From Candidatus Xenobium occultum (GTDB taxonomy: Bacteria; Vulcanimicrobiota; Xenobia; Xenobiales; Xenobiaceae), in the NCBI GenBank assembly GCA_002423485.1, contig DIWH01000070.1, positions 25,429 to 89,428 on the forward strand: a stretch of DNA of 64,000 bases. Direction: 5' to 3'. The translations under genes were made by a program, and so were the position numbers. Positions 57,191-64,000 of the stretch are shown in pieces. Position 1 is the stretch's first letter. Each line of letters opens with the position of its first letter. The notes under the pieces are model-generated. The model did not search any database. It saw only the letters and a list, made by a program, of their open reading frames with translations, and was not told the origin of the DNA.

Positions 57191-58347
57191 CAGTTTCGGG
57201 ACCTGGGGGCCAGGGAGCGCAACCGCCGCACGGCCTCCACCAGGGCCAGGGCCGCCTGATCCATCTCTTCGACGGTATTCTCCCTGCCCAGGGTCAGACG
57301 CAGACTACCGTGGGCCAGTTGCAGGGGGAGCCCCAGGGCCTTGAGCACGTGGGAGGGCTCCAGGGTCGCGTTGGAGCAGGCCGAAGCGGTGGAGACGCAG
57401 ATCCCCTTGCGGTCCAATTGCAGCAGCAGCGACTCGCCCTCCGCTCCTTCAAAGACGAAACTGGCCGTTCCCGGAAGCCGCAACTCGGGATGCCCGGTCA
57501 AGTGCGCTCCGGGAAGCTCACCCAGAACCCGCTTCACCAGGCGGTTCCGGAGTGCCCGAAGGTGCTCGGCCCGCTCCTCGCGACCGGTGCAGGCCAGTTC
57601 CAAGGCCCGGGCCAGGCCCACGACCCCGGGGACATTCTCGGTGCCGGAGCGCAGTCCGCGTTCCTGGCCTCCCCCGAACACCAGAGGCTCGATCCGGGTT
57701 CCCGTCTTCAGATACAGGGCTCCCACGCCCTTGGGCCCGTGGAACTTGTGAGCCGAGAGGCTCAAGGCGTCGACCCCGAGTTGCCCCACGTCGACCGGGA
57801 TGTGGCCCACTGCCTGGACGGCGTCCGTGTGAAGAAGGATTTCCCTGCCTCGGAGCAGTTCCGCGATCTCGGCCACGGGCTGCAGCGTCCCGATCTCGTT
57901 GTTGGCCAGCATGACCGAGACCAGGATGGTCCCCGGCCCGCAAGCCTCCAACACGGCCTGGGGATCGACCCGCCCCCACTCGTCCACCGGAAGGCGCGTG
58001 ATCCGGAAGCCTTCACGCTGGAGATGGTCGCAGGCGTGCAGGACCGCGTGGTGCTCGACCCGCGTGGTGATCACGTGGTCGCCCCGCTCGCGATGGGCCC
58101 GGGCCAGCCCCAAAATCGCCAGGTTGTCAGCCTCCGTGCCGCCGGCAGTGAAGAGGATCTCGGAAGCCTGGCGTGCGCCCAGTTGCCCGGCCACGCCCTG
58201 GCGGGCTTGGTCCAGGGCCCGGCGGGCCTCCAGGGACGGTCGGTGGACGTTGGACGGGTTGGCGTAGACCCGAGTGAAGTAAGGCAGCATGGCCTCCAGG
58301 ACCTCGGGGGCGACCGGTGTGGTCGCTGCATGGTCGAGGTAGATCAT
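57190..58347 (-). CDS. nifS: cysteine desulfurase (class V aminotransferase)
   Basis: PLP-Lys motif SAHKFHGPKG and catalytic Cys loop STASACSN. Confidence 0.9.
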   Translation of the reverse strand: MIYLDHAATTPVAPEVLEAMLPYFTRVYANPSNVHRPSLEARRALDQARQGVAGQLGARQASEILFTAGGTEADNLAILGLARAHRERGDHVITTRVEHHAVLHACDHLQREGFRITRLPVDEWGRVDPQAVLEACGPGTILVSVMLANNEIGTLQPVAEIAELLRGREILLHTDAVQAVGHIPVDVGQLGVDALSLSAHKFHGPKGVGALYLKTGTRIEPLVFGGGQERGLRSGTENVPGVVGLARALELACTGREERAEHLRALRNRLVKRVLGELPGAHLTGHPELRLPGTASFVFEGAEGESLLLQLDRKGICVSTASACSNATLEPSHVLKALGLPLQLAHGSLRLTLGRENTVEEMDQAALALVEAVRRLRSLAPRSRN

Positions 58348-58397
58348 CGGGTCCTCCTTGGGGCGGAGTGAACGCCCCCACGAGCGCGGGGAAAGTG

Positions 58398-58418
58398 CCG
58401 GGGGGGGCTTCCCCCCCC
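58398..58418. other. perfect G8/C8 hairpin
   Basis: CGGGGGGGG-CTT-CCCCCCCCG sits 50 nt upstream of the nifS start and downstream of iscA. It could act as an attenuator or terminator, or be a structural DNA feature. Confidence 0.3.
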
Positions 58419-58460
58419 GCTCGAGAGTCTTAGGCTCCTAGGAGCCTGTGTGAATATCGC

Positions 58461-58581
58461 GTCGGTCGCCTCGCCGGGTCTCTTGCACCCCCGCTGTGTT
58501 GCAAAAAGTCTCATTTGCCTCCAGCAAACCACGACTTTTTGCGCCTTGCGGGGTGCACAAGATCCCTCGGCGATGCTCGGT
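58461..58581. repeat. 121-bp intergenic element, copy A (contains a 65-bp imperfect palindrome at 58488-58552)
   Basis: Reverse complement of 63416-63536 with ~90% identity. The core is CCCCGC...GCAAAAAGTC-(22 nt)-GACTTTTTGC...GCGGGG. Confidence 0.8.
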
Positions 58582-58601
58582 CCGGAGACTCACACAGACT
58601 C

Positions 58602-58928
58602 CTAGCCGCCGCAGGATCCCGAACAACCGCCGCAGGAGCGGACGGCGTTGGGGTTGTTGAACTGAAAGCCTCCCCCGTGGACGTCGGTGGTGAAGTCCAA
58701 TTCGGTCCCTTGCAGATAGGCGTAGCTCTGCCCATCGACCACGATGCGCAGGCCGTCCGACTCGAAGACGTGGTCGTCCTCGCGGACCTCCTGGTCGAAG
58801 CCCAGGGCATACCCCGGTCCCGAGCAGGTCATCCCCTGGACTCCCATCCTGAGGACGGCATCCTTCAGTTTGTGGTCTTCCATCAGTCTCTTGACTTCGC
58901 GAACAGCGGATTCGGTCGCGGTGATCAT
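58602..58928 (-). CDS. iscA: HesB/IscA-family Fe-S cluster insertion protein
   Basis: MITATESAVREVKRLMEDHKLKDAVLRMGVQG...FNNPNAVRSCGGCSGSCGG matches the IscA/ErpA architecture. The C-terminal Cys motif is atypically CGGCSGSC. The ATG has an AGGAGG SD. The preceding 234 codons of the track ORF are shadow. Confidence 0.85.
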   Translation of the reverse strand: MITATESAVREVKRLMEDHKLKDAVLRMGVQGMTCSGPGYALGFDQEVREDDHVFESDGLRIVVDGQSYAYLQGTELDFTTDVHGGGFQFNNPNAVRSCGGCSGSCGG

Positions 58929-59056
58929 CGCTTGATTTCCTCCTGACATCTGGAACGCACCCCTGGCCTCGAAGAGTCCGAGGGCCGATCCTGCGAGACC
59001 GATTATAGGTGTCCGGCCTGGTCCCGACAACAGACCTGGCCGAGTCGTCCCGCTGA

Positions 59057-60559
59057 TCAGGAGTCTTCCCGTTCCAGCGCCCGATATTCCAAAGCCTCGC
59101 AAAGATCCTGAAGGCCGATCCTCTCTCGCCCGGCCAGATCCGCCAGGGTCCGCCCCAGGCGAAGGACGCGGTCGTGCACCCGAGCGGACAAGGACAGACG
59201 ACGGAAGGCCTGCAACAGGAAGCCCCGGGTCTCGGCGTCCAGGACGCAGAAGCGACGGGTCTGGGCCGGCCCCAGATCGGCGTTCCGGCAGCCGCGTTCC
59301 TGCTGGATCGCGACGGCGCGCACCACCCGCTCGCGCACCGTCGCAGAAGGTTCTCCGGACTGCCTGGACATCAACTCCTCGGGTTCCGGGCGCGGGACCC
59401 GGACCTGAAGGTCGATCCGGTCGACCAGGGGACCGGACAGGCGATGGAAGTAACGCTCCCTCTGGGTGGGCGAGCAGGTGCACTCCCGGACCGGGTCCCC
59501 GTGGTAGCCGCAGGGGCAGGGATTCATGGCGGCGACCAGGGTGAAGCGACAAGGATAACCGGTGTGGAATCCGGCCCGGGCCACCAGGACCTGTCCATCC
59601 TCCAGGGGGGCGCGCAGCGCCTCCAGGCAATCCCTTCGGAACTCGGGGAACTCGTCCATGAACAGGACCCCCCGGTGAGCCAGACTGATCTCTCCTGGAG
59701 TGAAGCTGCCGATCAAGCCGGCCAGCGAGACGCTCTGGGCGGGGGCGCGGAAGGGAGGAGTGCGCGGAAGCCCCCGCAAGTTGCTGAGACGTCGCTGCGT
59801 GCTGTGGATGCGGGTCACCTCCAGGGCCTCCTCCTGCGACAGGGACGGCAGGACCGAAGGCAGGCAGCGAGCCAGCAGGGTCTTGCCCGAGCCCGGTGGC
59901 CCCACGAGAAGCAGATGGTGTCCTCCGGCGGCGCAGATCTCCAGGGCACGCCGGGCCAGATGCTGACCGCGGACGACCTCCAGGTCCACACCTTCAGGCT
60001 CCAGACCGGCCGGTTCGGGAAGGACCGGCGCCGGCGACTCGCGACCCGAGGCGACCTCGACGGCCTCTCGCAGGTCCCGCACGGCCAACACCCTCAGCCC
60101 CGAGACCAGGGCTGCTTCCGGCCCGTTGGCCAAGGGGACCATCACGCGCGAAAGGCCCATCCGACGCGCCAGGAGGACCGAGGAGAGGACTCCCCGGATG
60201 GGGCGGACCGCCCCGTCCAGGGCCAGCTCCCCCAGAACCATGAGTTCTTTGAGCTGGGCTGGACGAACCACGGGTCTCCCGGTTTCCGAAGCCAGGATCC
60301 CCAAGGCGATGGCCAGGTCGAAACGAGGCCCTTCCTTGCGAATCTCCCCGGGAGCCAGGTTGACGGTGACCCGTCGGGAGGACGGCGCATAGCCCGAATT
60401 GCGCAAGGCCCCCTGGACCCGCTCGCGGGACTCAGCGGCGCTGGCGTCGGGCAGGCCGACCAGGGTGTAGTTGGGAACTCCGGCCGTGACGTCCACCTCG
60501 ACGCGGACGGGGTGGGACTCGACCCCCACAAGGGTCGCAGAATCGAGAAGGGCGAGCAT
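59057..60559 (-). CDS. comM: YifB/ComM family Mg-chelatase-like AAA+ ATPase
   Basis: N-terminal Lon-like domain, Walker A GPPGSGKT, the AAA+ core and a C-terminal ChlI domain, 500 aa. Confidence 0.9.
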   Translation of the reverse strand: MLALLDSATLVGVESHPVRVEVDVTAGVPNYTLVGLPDASAAESRERVQGALRNSGYAPSSRRVTVNLAPGEIRKEGPRFDLAIALGILASETGRPVVRPAQLKELMVLGELALDGAVRPIRGVLSSVLLARRMGLSRVMVPLANGPEAALVSGLRVLAVRDLREAVEVASGRESPAPVLPEPAGLEPEGVDLEVVRGQHLARRALEICAAGGHHLLLVGPPGSGKTLLARCLPSVLPSLSQEEALEVTRIHSTQRRLSNLRGLPRTPPFRAPAQSVSLAGLIGSFTPGEISLAHRGVLFMDEFPEFRRDCLEALRAPLEDGQVLVARAGFHTGYPCRFTLVAAMNPCPCGYHGDPVRECTCSPTQRERYFHRLSGPLVDRIDLQVRVPRPEPEELMSRQSGEPSATVRERVVRAVAIQQERGCRNADLGPAQTRRFCVLDAETRGFLLQAFRRLSLSARVHDRVLRLGRTLADLAGRERIGLQDLCEALEYRALEREDS

Positions 60560-60715
60560 CCGGAAGCCTCCGGTCCCTCGACTCGGGGCGGCCGTGAGCC
60601 ACCGCGGCGCGCCGCCTTCGGGCGCTCCCGTATCTTTCTAGACGCTGGCCACCGACTCCTGCCATGGATGAGGATCGGGTATCATGGAAGGAAAGCCTGC
60701 AAGGAGGGACGGAGC

Positions 60716-61531
60716 ATGAGACGGGTGTGGCTGGTCCTGGTCTGGGCCGTGGTGATGGTCCTTCCCCTCGGCGCCCAGGAGTTGGAGGTCCGGGTCTTCC
60801 AGCTCTTCAACCGACCCGCGGAAGCCACCGTCGAACCCGTGCGCATGGTCCTGAGCCCTGCGGGCACGGTGGTTCCGGACCCGCGCACCCAGACCCTGAT
60901 CGTCCGGGACGATTCAGAGGCCTTGCTGCGGGTTGGAGACCTGCTGCGACATCTGGACGTTCCCGCTCCCCTGATCCGCGTCACCGTCGGCTTCAACGGC
61001 TCGACGGGGCAGAGCGGCCAGGGGGCCGGAGTCGCCTGGGACCCGGCCCGAGACCGGCTGCTGGCTGGAGCTGGAGCTCGTCAGGCCGGGGTTCTGACCA
61101 CTGGTCGTCAGGATCTGCTGGTGATGAGCGGTGAAGAGGCTCGGCTGGTCCTGGCCCGTGACCTGGTGGAGGTCCGTCCCTACTGGACCCTGGCGCGAGA
61201 CCGCGGCCTGATCCCTCCGGGCGTGGTCTTCCGCCAGGTCAGCACGGGTTTCGTGGTCCGCCCCCGCGCCGTGGGCGAGCAGATCACCGTGGAGGTGGTC
61301 CCCTGGTTTTCCTACCTGGGACCGGACGGCCCCGGAGACGTGCGCTTCACCGAGGCGGCCACCACCCTCCGCGTCCCCGACGGACAGACCGTGGAGTTGG
61401 CCGGCACCAGCTTCCAGACCGAGCCCTCGCGCCGGGTCTTCGGGCTGATCATGGCTGGGGGCTCGGGCAGTTCCTGGGAATCGGCCAACCTGACCCTCAG
61501 CGCCCGGATCCAGCCGGACTGGTCGAAGTAG
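60716..61531 (+). CDS. small secreted protein with a secretin-N-like domain
   Basis: Signal peptide MRRVWLVLVWAVVMVLPLGAQ with a GGAGG SD. The segment TQTLIVRDDSEALLRVGDLLRHLD matches the secretin N-domain pattern. It lacks a full C-terminal secretin channel. Only the last 272 codons of the track ORF are taken. Confidence 0.55.
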   Translation: MRRVWLVLVWAVVMVLPLGAQELEVRVFQLFNRPAEATVEPVRMVLSPAGTVVPDPRTQTLIVRDDSEALLRVGDLLRHLDVPAPLIRVTVGFNGSTGQSGQGAGVAWDPARDRLLAGAGARQAGVLTTGRQDLLVMSGEEARLVLARDLVEVRPYWTLARDRGLIPPGVVFRQVSTGFVVRPRAVGEQITVEVVPWFSYLGPDGPGDVRFTEAATTLRVPDGQTVELAGTSFQTEPSRRVFGLIMAGGSGSSWESANLTLSARIQPDWSK

Positions 61532-63341
61532 ACACCGGCCCGGAACCCTCGACGCGGGCTGAGCCCTCCGGATCCAGGACGCAGCGGAACCCCGAGTTGA
61601 CCAGGGTCCCGTTCTCGGGGAAGACCCCTTTGCGCGAGACGGTGGTGCACTCGGCGACCGGATCGTTGCGAGAACCTCCCCGGGCCACGCGCAGCAACGG
61701 CAGGTCCTCGGCACTCGAGCCCAGGGGGATGTACCAGGCATCCACCCACTCCCAGACGTTGCCCGCCAGGTCCTCCACTCCATAGGGCGAGGCTCCCCGG
61801 GGGAAGGAACCCACCGGAGAGGTGTTGCCGACCGCGGATTCAAAGCAGTTCAGACGCCGGGCGTCCCAGGTGTTGCCCCAGGGATAGAGTCGACCGTCTC
61901 CCCCCCGAGCAGCCTTCTCCCACTCCTCCTCGGTCGGCAGGCGCTTGTCCGCCCACAAGGCATAGGCCTCGGCGTCATACCACGACACGGAGATCACGGG
62001 GTGATCCCTCCTGTCGGGGGTGGCATGGCGCTCCCAGTGCCCTTGAGCCCGGTACCCGGTGGCTTCGACGAACCGGCGGAACTGCCGATTGGTCACTTCG
62101 AAGCGATCGATGTAGAACGCCTCCACCTCCAGCCGTTGCGGCTCCACGCCGGGACCAGCCTCAGGGTGTGGGCCCTCCAGGAAGGATCCGGCAGGCACCA
62201 GGATCATGCGCGAACCGTCCTTGCGGTGGACCCAGGAAACCGGAAGAAGACGACCTGAGGGCCTCTGGACGCGAGGCGAAGGTCTCGGCTCGGGAGCCGG
62301 GGGCGCCTCGGCGGGAGGCGGACCACCAACCCGAGCCCCGGCCAGAAGGCCCCCGACCAGCGCCAGGCCGCACAATCCCACAACTCCTCCAAGCCACCAA
62401 GGCCGGGCCGGGCGAGGCCGGCCGCCCAGCGGCGCAGGCGCCGGCGCAGGCTGGGAAGACCTCAGGGAGGCCCGACGCCGAAAGGCGATCCAGGACTGCA
62501 CCTGCTGATGAAGCTCTTGAAAGGACGGGCGTTGCTCGGGATCGGCTTCGAGAAGGCGGACCAGCGAACGCCCCAGCGAATCCGGCAGGCCCTCCGGCGG
62601 CGACGGCTCGCTGCCCGGGATCAGCAAGGTCAGGGCATCCGCCGGCGGCTGGCCTCCCCACAGGTGCAGGCAGGTGGCGCCCAGTTGGTAGCGACCCACG
62701 GCGGGCCCCACCTGGCCTCGGCCGTGCTGTTCGGGAGCCGCGTAGGGGGGAGTGCCCTCCAAGGCCCACCCCGGGTCGCACAACACCAGGCCTTGGGTGG
62801 TGCGCACCAGATGCTCGGGGCGCAGATCCAACAAGACCAGCTCTTCCGACCAACGCGACGCCAGTTCCAGGATCTCGGCCAGGGTGGCCGGGTCAATCCG
62901 GGGCTGGAGGGGTTGACCTTCGATCCAGGGGCGCACCGCAAAGAGGCGGCCCTCCTCCTCGAGCATCTCCTCCGGCAGGACGACCCCGTCGGGCTGGAGC
63001 ACGCGCAGGGAGGCCAGCCGGGCTCGGGCCTCCTCTGCAGACACCCCGATCAGCTCGCGCTGGACCCGACCATCCGCCCGCCTCCAGGTGCGAGGGCCCA
63101 GGGGGATGGCTCCGGGTGTGCCGGGCAGGTCTGCCGATGGCAGGCTCACGAGGGGCTCTCCCAGGGTTCCCAGAACGGGCACCTTCGGGCCGGCGGGGGC
63201 TCCAGGGTCTGGGAAACCGGTTCCATCAGATAATCCTCGCGACTCTTCCAACCCAGGATCCGGCAGCGGAAGACGAGATAACCGGTGTCCAGGATCCCGG
63301 GGAACTCCTCCCCCTCCTCCACCATCTCGAGGTGTCGACAC
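61497..63341 (-). CDS. kinase-like (probably pseudokinase) / transmembrane / FGE-sulfatase (SUMF1, DUF323) domain fusion protein
   Basis: N-terminal region with degenerate Hanks-kinase subdomains (LLDLRPEHLV, YAAPEQ) but no Gly-loop or VAIK Lys. A transmembrane helix (WWLGGVVGLCGLALVGGLLAG) is followed by an FGE domain (FYIDRFEVTNRQFRRFVEATGY...GNVWEWV...GGS). It has a GTG start. Confidence 0.8.
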   Translation of the reverse strand: MSTPRDGGGGGGVPRDPGHRLSRLPLPDPGLEESRGLSDGTGFPDPGAPAGPKVPVLGTLGEPLVSLPSADLPGTPGAIPLGPRTWRRADGRVQRELIGVSAEEARARLASLRVLQPDGVVLPEEMLEEEGRLFAVRPWIEGQPLQPRIDPATLAEILELASRWSEELVLLDLRPEHLVRTTQGLVLCDPGWALEGTPPYAAPEQHGRGQVGPAVGRYQLGATCLHLWGGQPPADALTLLIPGSEPSPPEGLPDSLGRSLVRLLEADPEQRPSFQELHQQVQSWIAFRRRASLRSSQPAPAPAPLGGRPRPARPWWLGGVVGLCGLALVGGLLAGARVGGPPPAEAPPAPEPRPSPRVQRPSGRLLPVSWVHRKDGSRMILVPAGSFLEGPHPEAGPGVEPQRLEVEAFYIDRFEVTNRQFRRFVEATGYRAQGHWERHATPDRRDHPVISVSWYDAEAYALWADKRLPTEEEWEKAARGGDGRLYPWGNTWDARRLNCFESAVGNTSPVGSFPRGASPYGVEDLAGNVWEWVDAWYIPLGSSAEDLPLLRVARGGSRNDPVAECTTVSRKGVFPENGTLVNSGFRCVLDPEGSARVEGSGPVSTSTSPAGSGR

Positions 63342-63415
63342 AGGGCGCAGATCTTCCAGGAGTCGTCCAGTCTGTTCACAGGCCCAGATATTCTAGGGGC
63401 CCGGTCGGAAACCTC

Positions 63416-63536
63416 GACCGAGCATCGCCGAGGGATTTTTTGTCCCCGCCAGGAGCAAAAAGTTGCGGTTTGCTTGAGGCAAATGAGACTTTTTGCGACA
63501 CAGCGGGGGCGGAAAAGACCCGGCGAGGCGACCGAG
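63416..63536. repeat. 121-bp intergenic element, copy B (inverted relative to copy A)
   Basis: See copy A. It lies 75 nt upstream of the kinase/FGE gene start and 120 nt downstream of the ppdK stop. Confidence 0.8.
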
Positions 63537-63656
63537 GGATTTCCGTCTGGGTTCCTAGCATGCCCCGGAGATTTCGAGCCGACCCCCAGGCGTGCAGGAG
63601 CCCCGCCCCGGCGAACCGGAACGGGGCCCTGCGTCGTGACCATCAGGCCTCAGGAA

Positions 63657-64000
63657 CTAGCGCAGATCGACGCTGGCACCCTGGCCGTCGCGCTTCTCGC
63701 AGATGGCGGCCTGGGCGGCAGCCAGACGCGCGATGGGGACCCGGAAAGGCGAGCAGGACACGTAGGTCAGGCCCAACTCGTGGCAGAAGGCCACCGACTC
63801 GGGCTCACCGCCGTGCTCGCCGCAGATGCCGATCTCCATGTCCGCGCCGCGGACCTGGCGGCCTTCCTGGACAGCCATCCGCATCAGGCGGCCGACACCC
63901 ACGCGGTCCACCACCTGGAAGGGATCGACCTTGAGGATCTTCTCCTCGAGGTAGACCGGCACGAAGGTGCCGGCGGCGTCGTCGCGGGAGTAGCCGAAGG
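63657..64000 (-). CDS. ppdK: pyruvate phosphate dikinase, C-terminal (PEP-utilising) fragment; the gene continues beyond the window
   Basis: [42 protein letters not shown] is the PPDK C-terminal signature including the catalytic Cys. Confidence 0.8.
   Translation of the reverse strand, partial: FGYSRDDAAGTFVPVYLEEKILKVDPFQVVDRVGVGRLMRMAVQEGRQVRGADMEIGICGEHGGEPESVAFCHELGLTYVSCSPFRVPIARLAAAQAAICEKRDGQGASVDLR

Noticed and set aside
59174-60715. N-terminal 513 codons of the 785-aa plus-strand ORF
   Set aside because: Antisense to comM. Only the last 272 codons, from ATG 60716 with an SD and signal peptide, look genuine.
58581-63416. Possibility that the two inverted 121-bp copies define an invertible DNA switch
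   Set aside because: No serine or tyrosine recombinase or invertase is encoded in or near the segment. The bracketed genes (iscA, comM) are housekeeping. Repeated operator or REP-like element is more parsimonious. Left as a check in the finding.
62168-63934. 588-aa plus-strand ORF
   Set aside because: Antisense to the kinase/FGE gene and ppdK. It is an Arg/Pro/Gly-rich shadow.

Overview
High-GC (~68%) bacterial chromosomal segment in which almost every gene from about 13.6 kb to the right edge lies on the minus strand. Main contents follow.

(1) 0-11 kb: housekeeping and envelope genes. These are a PT-linker lipoprotein, an M48 HExxH metallopeptidase, a YgeW-like carbamoyltransferase, a radical SAM protein, purB, a glucosaminidase-domain protein, a zinc-ribbon protein and a hemolysin-III channel.

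(2) 11.1-13.6 kb: a hicB-hicA toxin-antitoxin pair followed directly by an intact IS1634-like insertion sequence. The IS carries a 572-aa transposase and 17-bp terminal inverted repeats.

(3) 13.6-40.2 kb: a ~26.5 kb co-directional type IV pilus supercluster. It encodes pilB, pilT, pilC, pilA, a GT-C/TPR membrane protein, pilD, a second pilin, and pilM, pilN, pilO, pilP and pilQ. It is fused to an unusual downstream module with no assigned function. That module holds two tandem paralogous giant cytoplasmic TPR proteins (1695 and 1473 aa), a single-pass membrane protein with three EDP[FW]KxLL repeats, and a DUF4388-like protein with an AbrB-like C-terminus.

(4) 40.4-43.4 kb: udk, mltG, ruvX and recO.

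(5) 43.4-50.0 kb: a bacterial microcompartment (BMC) locus of sugar-phosphate-utilising flavour. It has one BMC-H and three BMC-P shell genes. Its enzymes are an acylating aldehyde dehydrogenase and DeoC, both with N-terminal encapsulation-peptide-like helices, plus RpiB and an unknown protein that also carries such a helix. A GT39-family membrane glycosyltransferase is embedded in the operon.

(6) 50-64 kb: era, a class-A beta-lactamase-like hydrolase, a TPR protein, a flotillin/NfeD pair, an iscA-nifS-nifU Fe-S cluster operon, comM, a secretin-N-like small secreted protein, a kinase-like/FGE-sulfatase fusion and the 3' end of ppdK.

A 121-bp palindrome-containing non-coding element occurs twice in inverted orientation (58.46 kb and 63.42 kb).

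No rRNA, tRNA or CRISPR array was recognised. Internal gene starts and hairpin coordinates were derived by hand from the sequence and may be off by a few nucleotides.
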